DNA of 64,000 bases from an uncultured Eubacterium sp. (lineage in GTDB: Bacteria; Bacillota; Clostridia; Oscillospirales; Acutalibacteraceae), in NCBI GenBank assembly GCA_910577195.1, contig CAJTLP010000002.1, positions 71,211 to 135,210 on the forward strand. Reading direction: 5' to 3'. The position numbers were made by a program, and so were the translations under genes. Below are positions 9,419-19,652 of the stretch, piece after piece (positions within the stretch are counted from its first letter, which is position 1; the number at the start of each line of letters is the position of its first letter). The notes under the pieces were generated by a model. That model worked only from the letters and a program-made list of their open reading frames with translations. It did no database searches and was not told the origin of the DNA.

Positions 9419-9790
9419 ATGGAATATGTTGCAACAAATCACGCACCAAACGCAATCGGACCTTATTCACAGGCGGTTAAGGCAAACGGACTTCTTTTCA
9501 CATCAGGTCAGATTGCAATCAACCCTGCAACAAACACCGTTGAGGCAAAGACCATTGAGGAGCAGACCACACAGGTTTGTGAAAATCTTAAAGCTGTTGT
9601 TGAGGCTGCAGGCACATCAATGGACAAGGTTGTTAAAACAGTTTGCTTTTTAGCAGATATCAATGATTTTGCAAAGTTCAATGAGATTTACGGCACATAC
9701 TTTACATCAAAGCCTGCGCGCTCCTGTGTAGCTGTTAAAGACTTACCGAAGGGTGTGCTCTGTGAGATTGAGCTCATCGCTGAGTTATAA
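9419..9790 (+). CDS. ridA: RidA family enamine/imine deaminase
   Basis: APNAIGPYSQA, SGQI, PARSCV, EIELIA; adjacent to ilvA. Confidence 0.92.
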   Translation: MEYVATNHAPNAIGPYSQAVKANGLLFTSGQIAINPATNTVEAKTIEEQTTQVCENLKAVVEAAGTSMDKVVKTVCFLADINDFAKFNEIYGTYFTSKPARSCVAVKDLPKGVLCEIELIAEL

Positions 9791-9820
9791 TTTCAATATA
9801 AAAATAAATATTCCGTAAAT

Positions 9821-9861
9821 AAAACAGCTGAGAAACATAAATCCGTTTCTCAGCTGTTTTT
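9821..9861. terminator. Bidirectional intrinsic terminator
   Basis: aaaacagctgagaaac-N8-gtttctcagctgtttt between convergent genes. Confidence 0.8.
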
Positions 9862-9870
9862 CGTTAAATA

Positions 9871-12579
9871 TTATTTTTTGTCGTTAACAATTACATCATA
9901 AGCTCTCTTGCAGTTATTGTTATCCAGGTAAGCAAAGAAGCCGTTTACCCTATCCATATACTTGTTTTCACAATCATTTTCCATAAGCGCAATAAGCTCA
10001 TCCACTACGCTGTCCTTATCTGAGCATATCGGACCGAAGCCTTCGGTTTCATAATCAAAGCTCTGATCATAAACCTGATTCTCGTAAAACTCCTCCTTGT
10101 CAAACTGTGAGTACACAATCGGCTTGCAAAGATGAGCAAAGTCAAAGGCAATGGTTGAATAGTCGGTAACAAGCACTGAGGACTCAGCAAACACCTTATT
10201 ATAATCTACAAAGCCATCATTAACGCTGAATACATCGTTAGCCTGAAAATCGACACTCTGCTTCATATGTATCGGATGCAGACAGAAAAGACCTTTATAT
10301 CCCTTTTCCCTCATTGCATTTAAAAGACGTTCATCATTAATAAGACCATTATAGAATTTGAAATAATCGGTATTTACAAAGCCGTCAAAATACACACTTG
10401 ATGTATTGATATCATAGCTTTCCTTAATTGCTCTTCTCCAGGTAGGAAGAATGAGAATCTGTTTCTTTGTATCTTCGTAAAGGAGATCATATCTCGGAAG
10501 TCCGGTTGTTATCAGCTGATCCGCTGTATAAAGATAACCGTCATCAATAATTCTCTGCTTTTCCTTTTTACCGGTTATAAAGAAGACATCAATTTTTTTG
10601 TTGAACTTATTGAGCCATTTTGAGCAGTCACCGCAATTTACACCGTGATTGGTGAAGTAGTATCTGAATTTGAACATATCGTTCAGATATCTTCTCTTTC
10701 CGCCAAATGGATTTATGGTGAATTCACCTGCACTGGAGGAAATGATTTTTTCCGCCATAAGGAAATAATACGGATACTTTTTATCCTCAGCGAATACAAC
10801 CTCACCCTCAGACTTAAGGCGGTCAATCACGCTCTTCTTAGCATTCTTGCCTATCATAAAAATAGGTCTTACGCCCTCCGGCTTATGCTCACAGGTATAT
10901 TTGAATATTGCTTCGCCGTTATCACCGGCATTGTCAATTCTGTCAGCAAATATCCAAATCTTGCCCTTAGGTGCCTCTTTCTTTTCAAATTTCTTGAAAT
11001 TCTTTCTGATTTTTGCAACATCCTTAAGGTTGTGCTCTTTGAGGTATTTAATGCATCTTTTTTCAAGGACGGCTCTTGTATTTTCCACAACAGCAGGGCA
11101 GGAAATCATAATATGATCTCTGTAGCATCTTAAAAGATATCTGCCGTAGAACTGATAAGCCTCAGGGAAAAGCACCTTATTGGTAACAAATTTTCCATAG
11201 CTCATATTGATTCGGCTTTCGCCGTTTTCAAATTCAAGGATAGGCAGTAAATTTATCTGCTCCTTAGCCTTGAGCTTGCCCACAGGATATTCATAGTGGT
11301 AGTGATAATAATAAGGCTCGTCCTCTGCGTAGCTGTTTTTGGACATAACTGCGTGATAATCCGTCAGCTTTTCAGGATATACCTTTTCATCACCGAACTG
11401 AAGTGCAAATCGCACACCGCCGTTTTCACAATGAAGGAGCCAGCGGACAACAAACATATCAACAATAAAATGATCGTTTTCAATTTCAGCCTTTCCCACA
11501 AGGCAGCATTTTGAAACGGTTTTCTGCGGTCTGAATAATACAATATCGTTATAACAGATCGCATTATTCTTCGGATTGAACTGTAAATTCTTTTCAAGGT
11601 CAATTCCGTATTTGAATCGGATAGCGGCTGTTCTTCTTGCAATGGATTTATGAACAGGGTCACGCAGAAGAATATCATCATCAATATACGAGAGAATCGT
11701 CTTTACATTTTCCTTAAACTGAGCAAGCTGCTCTTCCGTAAGAATTTCGTTATAAAGATTCGTTGTAAAGCGCCAGTACATATCATAAGAAATCATCGCC
11801 TGAACATACCGGATGACCTCACCGTAAAGCTCCTTGCTGTATCGGATTAACTCCATATGATAGTTTGTAAGCGTATCGGTATAGAATGAAATATCAGATG
11901 TCTGACTGTTAATCGCAGAATCGGCTGCAAATCTTTTTCTGTAATAATAGCAGCCCTCTGTAATAATACCTACCTTGAGCTTTTTCAGTAAAATTTTATT
12001 GATGAATATGGAGTCCTCTCCATATTTTAATTTGGGATCAAATCTTAAATCGCCTATTGCACTTCTCTTTATCAGATTATTCGTAGACAGTGACTGAACA
12101 GAGTGCTCTTCCTCTTTTGTGGTAAGATCAGCAATTCTGGTTCCCTTCCAGAACTTAAAATCAAGAGTATGGAAATTATCTCTTGCCTCAAAGAAACGAG
12201 TTCTGAAGGTAACAACATCAATTTCGTCAGAATGCTCCTCAATATAATTGTATGCACTTTTAAAAGTTTTGGGGTCAAGCTTATCATCAGGATCAAAAAA
12301 GGTAACATATTTTCCCTCAGCCATATCCAGTGCCATATTTCTTGCTGAGCTTACACCGCCGTTTTCCTTATATTTGTATATAATATTCTGCGGATATCTT
12401 TTCTGATATCTGAGGCATATTTCCTCACTTGCATCCTTTGAACCGTCATTAACAAGAACAAGCTGTATATACTTTTTGAAGTTCATTGTCTGATTGATTA
12501 CAGAATCCAATGCTTCCTCAAGATAAGGCTCAACATTGTAAATCGGTACAATTACCGAAACTTTAAAATTCTTACTCAT
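9871..12579 (-). CDS. Bifunctional GT2 glycosyltransferase / CDP-glycerol(polyol) glycerophosphotransferase (TagF-like)
   Basis: N-terminal VSVIVPIYNVE, VNDGSKD, NGGVSSARN, FDPDD. C-terminal DNGEA, FTNHG, GLPRYD, LPTWR, TDYSTIAFDF. Confidence 0.88.
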   Translation of the reverse strand: MSKNFKVSVIVPIYNVEPYLEEALDSVINQTMNFKKYIQLVLVNDGSKDASEEICLRYQKRYPQNIIYKYKENGGVSSARNMALDMAEGKYVTFFDPDDKLDPKTFKSAYNYIEEHSDEIDVVTFRTRFFEARDNFHTLDFKFWKGTRIADLTTKEEEHSVQSLSTNNLIKRSAIGDLRFDPKLKYGEDSIFINKILLKKLKVGIITEGCYYYRKRFAADSAINSQTSDISFYTDTLTNYHMELIRYSKELYGEVIRYVQAMISYDMYWRFTTNLYNEILTEEQLAQFKENVKTILSYIDDDILLRDPVHKSIARRTAAIRFKYGIDLEKNLQFNPKNNAICYNDIVLFRPQKTVSKCCLVGKAEIENDHFIVDMFVVRWLLHCENGGVRFALQFGDEKVYPEKLTDYHAVMSKNSYAEDEPYYYHYHYEYPVGKLKAKEQINLLPILEFENGESRINMSYGKFVTNKVLFPEAYQFYGRYLLRCYRDHIMISCPAVVENTRAVLEKRCIKYLKEHNLKDVAKIRKNFKKFEKKEAPKGKIWIFADRIDNAGDNGEAIFKYTCEHKPEGVRPIFMIGKNAKKSVIDRLKSEGEVVFAEDKKYPYYFLMAEKIISSSAGEFTINPFGGKRRYLNDMFKFRYYFTNHGVNCGDCSKWLNKFNKKIDVFFITGKKEKQRIIDDGYLYTADQLITTGLPRYDLLYEDTKKQILILPTWRRAIKESYDINTSSVYFDGFVNTDYFKFYNGLINDERLLNAMREKGYKGLFCLHPIHMKQSVDFQANDVFSVNDGFVDYNKVFAESSVLVTDYSTIAFDFAHLCKPIVYSQFDKEEFYENQVYDQSFDYETEGFGPICSDKDSVVDELIALMENDCENKYMDRVNGFFAYLDNNNCKRAYDVIVNDKK

Positions 12580-12644
12580 TTTTTACTTTTTCTCCTCGAA
12601 CATCCTTTATATTATAAATAACAAACTATTTTGTTATTAATTCT

Positions 12645-14204
12645 TCACTCCATTGATTTTAAAATTGACAGCCACTTATCGGTCAATTTATAATCCTCAT
12701 TTTCAAAAAGACTGTTATGAAGTCTGAAAACGATATCAATAAAAAGTATTTTTTCAAGTATATCCCTATCGGAAACAGTTGAAAAGAAATCAAGCATTTC
12801 CTGTGCATTCTGAGCGATATCTCCGCCGTTATCACAAAGCTCGGTAGCAATATATCTTACAATGTCAACCTCTTTGGGAGCCACATATCCGATAGGATCA
12901 ATGGCAACCAGCTCGTCATTCCTTTTCATAATATTATAGCGGTGCATATCACCGTGAATCAATGTGAAATCATCATCACTGAAGGTGCTGTTAAAAAGCT
13001 CTGCAGCCTGTTTGACATATCCCATTATTTCATCTTTTTTGTATTCAAAATTATCCTGATTCAGCTTATCATTCAGTATATCCTTATAATTTTTGAACTG
13101 GCTGAAAAGGTCCTTTGAAACGGTTATCTCACAGGAATCCATAACTCTTTTGAAGAAATCGAGCAGTTCCTCTTTGCTGCTGTCAAATTGCAAATCCGCA
13201 TCCTTGCACTGCTCAAGCAAAATTGCGCAGCATTTATCATCATAATCATAAAGCTCGCACATAAAGCTTGTGTTCAGGCTTTGATAACAGGAACGCTCAC
13301 TTGTATATCTGTCAATGCAGGGCGGTATTATTTTGAAAACACATTTGCCGTACTTGACGCTTTTTGCAAGAAATATAATTCCGAAATGTGAGGACTTGAT
13401 AACATTATATTCCGTAATCTGCCATTCCTTAAGAAGCTTAGGAATTGAACGCTCCAGCGTTTTTGACCAACTCTCAACCTCGTGAGGATAGTAGGTTTTT
13501 AGCAATTGATTCAGCCTTGATACACTTTCAAGAATTTTTGAAAAGTCAACATCATTGTCCCTTGCGGTAACCAATGCCTCCAGATACTTCAAATCTGCAG
13601 GATAGGTCAGCTTGAAATTGTTGTTAAAATCGAAATACAAATAAATTCTGCTATCCTCCGGAAGCTGCTGTGTTACTTCCGTAAGAGGTGAATTTTCATC
13701 AAAATGCTTTGCCAGAAGTGGGAAATTAAAACCCTCAGGTGACTGCATCAGATAATAACGTTCTCTGTCAACCTTAGTAAAATCATAGCAGCCTAAGGAA
13801 TCTGTTATCTTCTGTGCGGTAACAACAGCATCATTATCACCAAGCAGATCAAAATACTTGTCCATAAGCTGAGACGTAATCATCGGACGCACTGCATCAC
13901 AGACGATAAGATTTTTACAATTGTAATTTTCATCAATATAATCTATCACATTTTTCAGGGTCTGATTTCTTGTTGAACCGCCCTCAATCATATCAATATC
14001 ATTTTGTGCACATATGTCTGCAAGGTAAACGCTGTTTGCCTCAATATTTGTGGCAATAACAATCTTGTCCGTTTTACTGCTGTCACATATTGTTTCAATT
14101 ACATATTCAATTACCATTTTGCCGTTGACCTTGTGGAACTGCTTCGGAATATTACTTCCGAAACGTGCACCCACACCATTGGCAAGTATTGCAACTATAT
14201 TCAT
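12645..14204 (-). CDS. IspD/TarI-family cytidylyltransferase fused to an APH(6)-like phosphotransferase domain
   Basis: N-terminal LANGVGARFGSNIPKQF, GGSTRNQT, DAVRP, QSPEGF, NFKLTYPADL. C-terminal LLKEW, CVFKI, ILLEQ, LIHGDMHRYNI, VAIDPIG. Confidence 0.8.
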   Translation of the reverse strand: MNIVAILANGVGARFGSNIPKQFHKVNGKMVIEYVIETICDSSKTDKIVIATNIEANSVYLADICAQNDIDMIEGGSTRNQTLKNVIDYIDENYNCKNLIVCDAVRPMITSQLMDKYFDLLGDNDAVVTAQKITDSLGCYDFTKVDRERYYLMQSPEGFNFPLLAKHFDENSPLTEVTQQLPEDSRIYLYFDFNNNFKLTYPADLKYLEALVTARDNDVDFSKILESVSRLNQLLKTYYPHEVESWSKTLERSIPKLLKEWQITEYNVIKSSHFGIIFLAKSVKYGKCVFKIIPPCIDRYTSERSCYQSLNTSFMCELYDYDDKCCAILLEQCKDADLQFDSSKEELLDFFKRVMDSCEITVSKDLFSQFKNYKDILNDKLNQDNFEYKKDEIMGYVKQAAELFNSTFSDDDFTLIHGDMHRYNIMKRNDELVAIDPIGYVAPKEVDIVRYIATELCDNGGDIAQNAQEMLDFFSTVSDRDILEKILFIDIVFRLHNSLFENEDYKLTDKWLSILKSME

Positions 14205-14342
14205 ATTAAAATCCTTTTAAAATTTAATTTTTTATACATATAACTTAGTATGCATTAGTATGCATTTAATATAATTATATATTTATTTATAATAAAAGTA
14301 AAGAGTTTTACAAATATTGATAAATAAATCGCAAAACAGGAA

Positions 14343-14392
14343 AAAGGCATCGGGTACATACCTTTATCAGGGATATCCGATGCCTTATTATT
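14343..14392 (-). terminator. Intrinsic terminator after htrA
   Basis: aaggcatcgg...ccgatgcctt stem with an A run on the + strand (U-tract on the minus strand). Confidence 0.6.
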
Positions 14393-14399
14393 TTTTATT

Positions 14400-15887
14400 T
14401 TATCCTTTTGACTCAATCAGCTTGCAGTCAATTTCAAAGGTTTTGATATTATTATTTTCAATTCTTGCGATTGTAAGTTTCACTGTGTCACCCGGCTTTG
14501 AATCGGCAAGTATTGATGTCATAACATCTGTGGATGTCATTGTTTCGCCGTTAACAGCAACAATCATATCATACTGCTTGACGTCCTTATTCTTAAGGTC
14601 TGAACCGTCATCCACACTGTCAATAACCATTGCACCCTGTGCATCCTTAAAGCCCTTTTCAGCAAGAGCCTGAATTACAGCATTGGCATTATTGAAATTG
14701 GTAATCTGATTGTATGTGATGCCAAGCTTAGCTCTTCCCTCAACATAACCAACCTTGATCAGACTGTTCGCAGTTGCAACTGCAGTGGAGGAAGGAACTG
14801 CAAAACCCATACCTTCATATTCTGTTGCAGCAATCTTGGATGAGTTTATACCGATTACCTGGCCCTGCATATTGAAAAGTGCACCACCGCTGTTACCCGG
14901 ATTAATTGCAGCGTCTATCTGAATACACTCATTATCGTAACCGATATTTGAAGAAATCGGTCTTGCCAGCGCTGAAACATAGCCGCTTGTAAGGGAATTC
15001 ATAAATTCAAGACCGCCGGGACATCCGATTGCTATAACCTGCTCGCCCACAACAAGCTTGTCACTGTTGCCAAATTCGGCAATTTTAAGTCCTGTTTTAT
15101 TGATTGAAAGAACGCCGATATCCGTCTGTGCATCAAAGCCTACAAGCTGAGCATCTTCCTTTGAACCATCATTCAGGGTTACGGAAAAGCTGTCGCCGTC
15201 ACTGATAACGTGAGCACAGGTAAGAATATACGTTTTACCGTTCTGCTCTGACATCAGCACACCTGAGCCTTCACCTGACTGTGTAGGCTCACTGCCGGAA
15301 TTTCCGCCCTGACCATATCCGTAAAAATAATTATAAGCATCCGTACGCTGAGAATAAACCGTGATTCCCACACAGGAATCCATTGCTTTATCTGCAACAC
15401 CTGCAACGGTATAGTTATTATTACTATCCTTGAGCGGGACGTCCTCACTGTCTTTTGTACTTGCAGCATCATCGGCAGACTGTGACTGTGTCGTTTCATT
15501 CTTTTTATCCTTGTCATCACTTGTGCCGACATTTCCTGCAATACCGAAGCCGATACCGATAACAGCAGCAACAAGACAAATAACAAGCACAACTATAATA
15601 ATTTTTGATGCATTGCTCTTTTTAGGGGGTTTACCATCATTATTATTTTCTGCAGGCTGCGAATAATTATAGCCGTTATCCTTCGGCCGGTAATAATCAT
15701 TACTCTGTGAAGCCTGCTGCGTACTGTTGTTATAAGCATAATGATAGGTTGTGTTTTCCTGTACAGGAGGCTGCTCCTCTGCTCTTGGAGGATTATAATA
15801 TGTTCCCCCGTTATTCGGCTGATAGTAATCCGGACGTGACGCGCCGCTGCCGTCGCTATTATAATCCTTGTTCTTAAAATCGTCCAT
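14400..15887 (-). CDS. htrA: HtrA/DegP-family serine protease (TM + trypsin + PDZ)
   Basis: GSGV, LTCAHV, TDIGVL, QIDAAINPGNSGG, C-terminal PDZ. Confidence 0.92.
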   Translation of the reverse strand: MDDFKNKDYNSDGSGASRPDYYQPNNGGTYYNPPRAEEQPPVQENTTYHYAYNNSTQQASQSNDYYRPKDNGYNYSQPAENNNDGKPPKKSNASKIIIVVLVICLVAAVIGIGFGIAGNVGTSDDKDKKNETTQSQSADDAASTKDSEDVPLKDSNNNYTVAGVADKAMDSCVGITVYSQRTDAYNYFYGYGQGGNSGSEPTQSGEGSGVLMSEQNGKTYILTCAHVISDGDSFSVTLNDGSKEDAQLVGFDAQTDIGVLSINKTGLKIAEFGNSDKLVVGEQVIAIGCPGGLEFMNSLTSGYVSALARPISSNIGYDNECIQIDAAINPGNSGGALFNMQGQVIGINSSKIAATEYEGMGFAVPSSTAVATANSLIKVGYVEGRAKLGITYNQITNFNNANAVIQALAEKGFKDAQGAMVIDSVDDGSDLKNKDVKQYDMIVAVNGETMTSTDVMTSILADSKPGDTVKLTIARIENNNIKTFEIDCKLIESKG

Positions 15888-17401
15888 TATTTCCTTGTCT
15901 CCTTTTTATAGATGGGACTGTATGCCTTCGGCAGTCTGAAAACAAATTCAGCAGTGTGTTCATCCTCACTCATTGCCCATATGCTTCCGCCGTGCATTTC
16001 CACCATCATTTTTACTATATAAAGTCCGAGTCCTGCACCCTTAGCATCAAGACTTCTTGACTTATCAACCTTATAAAATCTTTCAAACACCTTTGAAAGC
16101 TCATCTGCTTTGATACCGATACCGCTGTTTTTGATATGAACCTCAACAGCATTATTCAGATCATTCATAGATATTTGGATATATCCGCCTTCATTGGTAA
16201 ACTTAACAGCATTATCAAATATATTATAAATCACCTGATAAATCATATCCGTATCTGCTGTAATATATGTCGGACGCAGATTTTCAAGCCCCTGTATATC
16301 AATTTTTTTCTCATCAATCTTCTGCTCAAAGGTGAGAAGAATGTGAATAATCTGATCGGATATATCATAATTGCTCGGCTTCATTTCAAAGCTGCCCGAC
16401 TCAATCTTACTCATATTAAGCATAGCAACAACAAGACGGGAAAGACGGCGAATTTCGCCGCTGACTATACCCAGATAATAGTCAGTCTTTTCTCTGGGTA
16501 TTGTACCGTCAAGAATGCCGTCAATAAAGCCGCCGATTGATGTCATAGGTGTTCTCAGCTCATGAGAAACATTTGAAACAAAGCTGCGCCTTGATGATTC
16601 CAGCGTATCAAGTGCATCAGCCATATCATTAAATGCCTTGCCGAGCTCCGCAAGCTCATCCTGGCCGCTGATTTTAACTCTGTAAGAGAAATCACCGACT
16701 GCAAACTGCTTTGCAGCCTTGCTCATCTGCCTCAGCGGTTTAACAAAGCTCTTGGTCAGATGCCAGATACAAATAAATGCAATTGCAAGGCAAGCCAAGG
16801 CGCTGGTCATAAACATTCTCAAAACAGCCATAGCAAGTGAATCACCGCTGGTTTCCGTTGTAGCAAATACCGAGCCGATAATCTGATCATTGCTGTAAAT
16901 CGGATAACCGACAATATAGGAAAGACGTCCGTTAACACTGCCCTTTCCGACATAACCGCCCTCATAAATATTTCTGAGAAGCACATCCCCCACCTTGAAT
17001 TCATTATGATAGGAGCAGGGGGGCATTTCACCGTAAAGCGGAATGGAATTCGCTTTTTCCTTGCACAGAATGATATTACCTTCAACATCGCACACGAACA
17101 AATCCGCGTCAATAGAATTTGAAATGATATACAGCGAACTGCATATCATCTCCTTTTCCACAGAATAATAATCATTCATTTCCTGAACTACCAGTGTTGA
17201 TTTGACACTTTCGGCTATTGTCTGCGTATTCTCTTTTAAAAGCTTTGTATTTTCATTCTGGGTGTACACACTTACAAGTATTGTCAGAGTTGTGCCCAGA
17301 ATAGTCAGCACCACAAGAAAAATTGCTGCAAACAAGAAAAAATACTTTGCAAATATATTATTCTTCAGGTACTGTCCCTTAAGAGATTCCCTAACAGACA
17401 T
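15887..17401 (-). CDS. HAMP-domain sensor histidine kinase
   Basis: Two TM helices, HAMP, VSHELRTPMT, NIFDNAVKF, FERFYKVDKSR, GAGLGL. Confidence 0.93.
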   Translation of the reverse strand: MSVRESLKGQYLKNNIFAKYFFLFAAIFLVVLTILGTTLTILVSVYTQNENTKLLKENTQTIAESVKSTLVVQEMNDYYSVEKEMICSSLYIISNSIDADLFVCDVEGNIILCKEKANSIPLYGEMPPCSYHNEFKVGDVLLRNIYEGGYVGKGSVNGRLSYIVGYPIYSNDQIIGSVFATTETSGDSLAMAVLRMFMTSALACLAIAFICIWHLTKSFVKPLRQMSKAAKQFAVGDFSYRVKISGQDELAELGKAFNDMADALDTLESSRRSFVSNVSHELRTPMTSIGGFIDGILDGTIPREKTDYYLGIVSGEIRRLSRLVVAMLNMSKIESGSFEMKPSNYDISDQIIHILLTFEQKIDEKKIDIQGLENLRPTYITADTDMIYQVIYNIFDNAVKFTNEGGYIQISMNDLNNAVEVHIKNSGIGIKADELSKVFERFYKVDKSRSLDAKGAGLGLYIVKMMVEMHGGSIWAMSEDEHTAEFVFRLPKAYSPIYKKETRK

Positions 17402-17406
17402 TTATA

Positions 17407-18102
17407 TTATTCCTTTGTTTCAAATTTATATCCAACACCCCACACGGTCTTGAGTGACCATTTGTCTGAAACACCTTCAAGCTTTTCACGCAGACGCTTT
17501 ACATGCACATCAACTGTACGTGAATCGCCGTAATAGTCAAAACCCCACACCTCGTCAAGAAGCTGGTCACGTGTATAAACTCTGTTTGGATTTGAAGCAA
17601 AGTGATAAATAAGCTCAAGCTCTTTAGGCGGAGTATCAATCGTTTCGCCCTTTACCTTAAGCTCGTAATTAATAATATTGATTTCAAGATTATCATAAAC
17701 AACAACTTTTTTTGTATTATCATCGGCAGTTGTATTACCGCTTGTTCTTCTGAGAACAGCCTTAACTCTCGCCATAACCTCTTTTGCATCAAAAGGCTTT
17801 GTAACATAATCGTCTGCACCAAGCTCAAGACCAAGCACCTTGTCAAAGGTTTCACCCTTTGCGGTGAGCATAATAATCGGTGCGCTTGATGTCTTCCTTA
17901 TCTCACGGCAAACCTGCCAGCCGTCCATCTTAGGAAGCATAATATCAAGTAAAACCAGTTCAGGTGATTTTGTCTGAAATACATTAACTGCTTCCTGTCC
18001 GTCATTGGCAACGAATACGGTATACCCCTCATTTTCAAGATACAGTTTAAGCAGTTCACAGATGTTATGATCATCATCAACTACAAGAATCTTTGTACTC
18101 AT
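17407..18102 (-). CDS. OmpR/PhoB-family response regulator
   Basis: ILVVDDD, LLDIMLP, GADDYVTKPF, RTVDVHVKRLREK, TVWGVGY. Confidence 0.95.
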   Translation of the reverse strand: MSTKILVVDDDHNICELLKLYLENEGYTVFVANDGQEAVNVFQTKSPELVLLDIMLPKMDGWQVCREIRKTSSAPIIMLTAKGETFDKVLGLELGADDYVTKPFDAKEVMARVKAVLRRTSGNTTADDNTKKVVVYDNLEINIINYELKVKGETIDTPPKELELIYHFASNPNRVYTRDQLLDEVWGFDYYGDSRTVDVHVKRLREKLEGVSDKWSLKTVWGVGYKFETKE

Positions 18103-18237
18103 TTCGTTTTCTCCTTTTCTTTATGTGGTAATTTTATCACCGTAAATTAATGTTTTTTTGTTTTTTTAGTAAATAATTTTTTAAGTTTTTTAACATTTTT
18201 TGAATGTTTTTCCGTCAGTTGTTCATTTTTTACTGTT

Positions 18238-19470
18238 TTACCATTCTTTGCTTCGTTTTTCACAGCTTTCAACAAAGTCGATAAACTGCTTTGCACATCG
18301 CGGAGACCTGCCGCCGCGTCGTGTTGCCCACTGCTCCGCCTTGAAAACCAAGTGTTCCTCGTCCACATCAAGACCTCTGTCCGCCGCAATTTTTCTGACA
18401 ATATCCTGATACTCAAATTTATTCGGATTCAGGAATGTAATTGTAAGACCGAATCTGTCCGAAAGACTTAACTGCTCCTGCATTGTATCGCCGCGGTTCA
18501 CGTCATTCTCACGGTCGGAGAAATTTTCCTTAATAAGATGACGTCTGTTTGATGTAGCATATATAAGTATATTGGACTGCCTGCCCGAAAGTGAACCCTC
18601 CAGTGCTGCCTTGAGCTCGCTGAAGGATGTATCATTTGAATCAAAGCTCAGATCATCAATATAAATAATGAACTTCATCGGTGAGCCTGCAAGTTGCTCA
18701 CGTATCAGACCAAGATCTGCAACTGCACTTTTCGGTATTTCAATCATTCTGAGTCCCTGATTATGATATTCGTTCAAAAGAGCATGCACGGTTGAACTTT
18801 TTCCGGTACCTCTGTCACCGTAAAGCAGAACATTGTTTGCAGGATGACCTGAAAGAAAGCTTTCCGTATTATCAATAACCTTCTGCCTCTGCACCTCGTA
18901 ATTTTTCAGGTGATCAAGAGTTATCAAATCGGTTATGGTTACAGGGCATATCTCTTTATTTCTCCAGGTGAAAGCAATATGCTTTGCATACTTACCATAT
19001 CCGTTTGTACGGTGATATGAAATCAGCTCAGCCGTCTGCTTATCCCAGTTTTTCTTAAGAGGAGCAACAGGAGTGCCTGTATCCCAATGAGGCATTGATT
19101 CAAGTATTTCCTTAAAATCGCCATTATCAACAGAGTTATAAATATCCTTTGAGGTAACAGAAGCAATTTGCTCCAGCTTCATAAGATCAAGTCTTACTGC
19201 ATCTGTTATTGAAGATGAAAGCGCATCCACCTTTTCTGAGCAGGCATAACGAGTAAAAATATTATCATCTGTCAAAATACATTTTGATATATATTCCTTC
19301 AATGCTCCGTTTTTAGAAACCATCTTAAAGAAATCACTGTACTTTCTTAAAACACTCTCTTCCGAAATGCTGTCAATCAAATCATAAAGGGCATGAATAA
19401 TAACATCATTTTTTAAATCGTAAATACAAAGCGTATCAATATAATACTTTATTCTTTTTAGCTTATCCAT
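18238..19470 (-). CDS. DUF815-family AAA+ ATPase
   Basis: NVLLYGDRGTGKSS, IYIDDLSF, YATSNRRHL, SLSDRFGL, GRSPRCAKQF. Start reassigned to MDKLK (19470). Confidence 0.85.
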   Translation of the reverse strand: MDKLKRIKYYIDTLCIYDLKNDVIIHALYDLIDSISEESVLRKYSDFFKMVSKNGALKEYISKCILTDDNIFTRYACSEKVDALSSSITDAVRLDLMKLEQIASVTSKDIYNSVDNGDFKEILESMPHWDTGTPVAPLKKNWDKQTAELISYHRTNGYGKYAKHIAFTWRNKEICPVTITDLITLDHLKNYEVQRQKVIDNTESFLSGHPANNVLLYGDRGTGKSSTVHALLNEYHNQGLRMIEIPKSAVADLGLIREQLAGSPMKFIIYIDDLSFDSNDTSFSELKAALEGSLSGRQSNILIYATSNRRHLIKENFSDRENDVNRGDTMQEQLSLSDRFGLTITFLNPNKFEYQDIVRKIAADRGLDVDEEHLVFKAEQWATRRGGRSPRCAKQFIDFVESCEKRSKEW

Positions 19471-19580
19471 TTTATCACTTCCGAATGATTTATCTCGCAT
19501 ATATAATAAAACATTATATTGGATTTTACAAGAGATATAGCAATAATTACTTAAATCAAAGGTGTATTTTTCGCATTTCA

Positions 19581-19598
19581 TTGTAAGATGTCTGACAA
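19581..19598. promoter_or_regulatory. Probable FadR/GntR operator
   Basis: Palindrome TTGTAAGA-TG-TCTGACAA just upstream of TTGACT (-35) of the GntR gene. Confidence 0.55.
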
Positions 19599-19652
19599 CG
19601 TATTGACTTGTTAGCATATTCTGTGTTATCATATTGGCAAAGAGGTGTACAT

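Noticed and set aside
12645..13560. Streptomycin-resistance gene (APH(6))
   Set aside because: The kinase domain is fused in frame to a cytidylyltransferase in a wall-polymer operon with no mobile context; resistance cannot be claimed from motifs alone.
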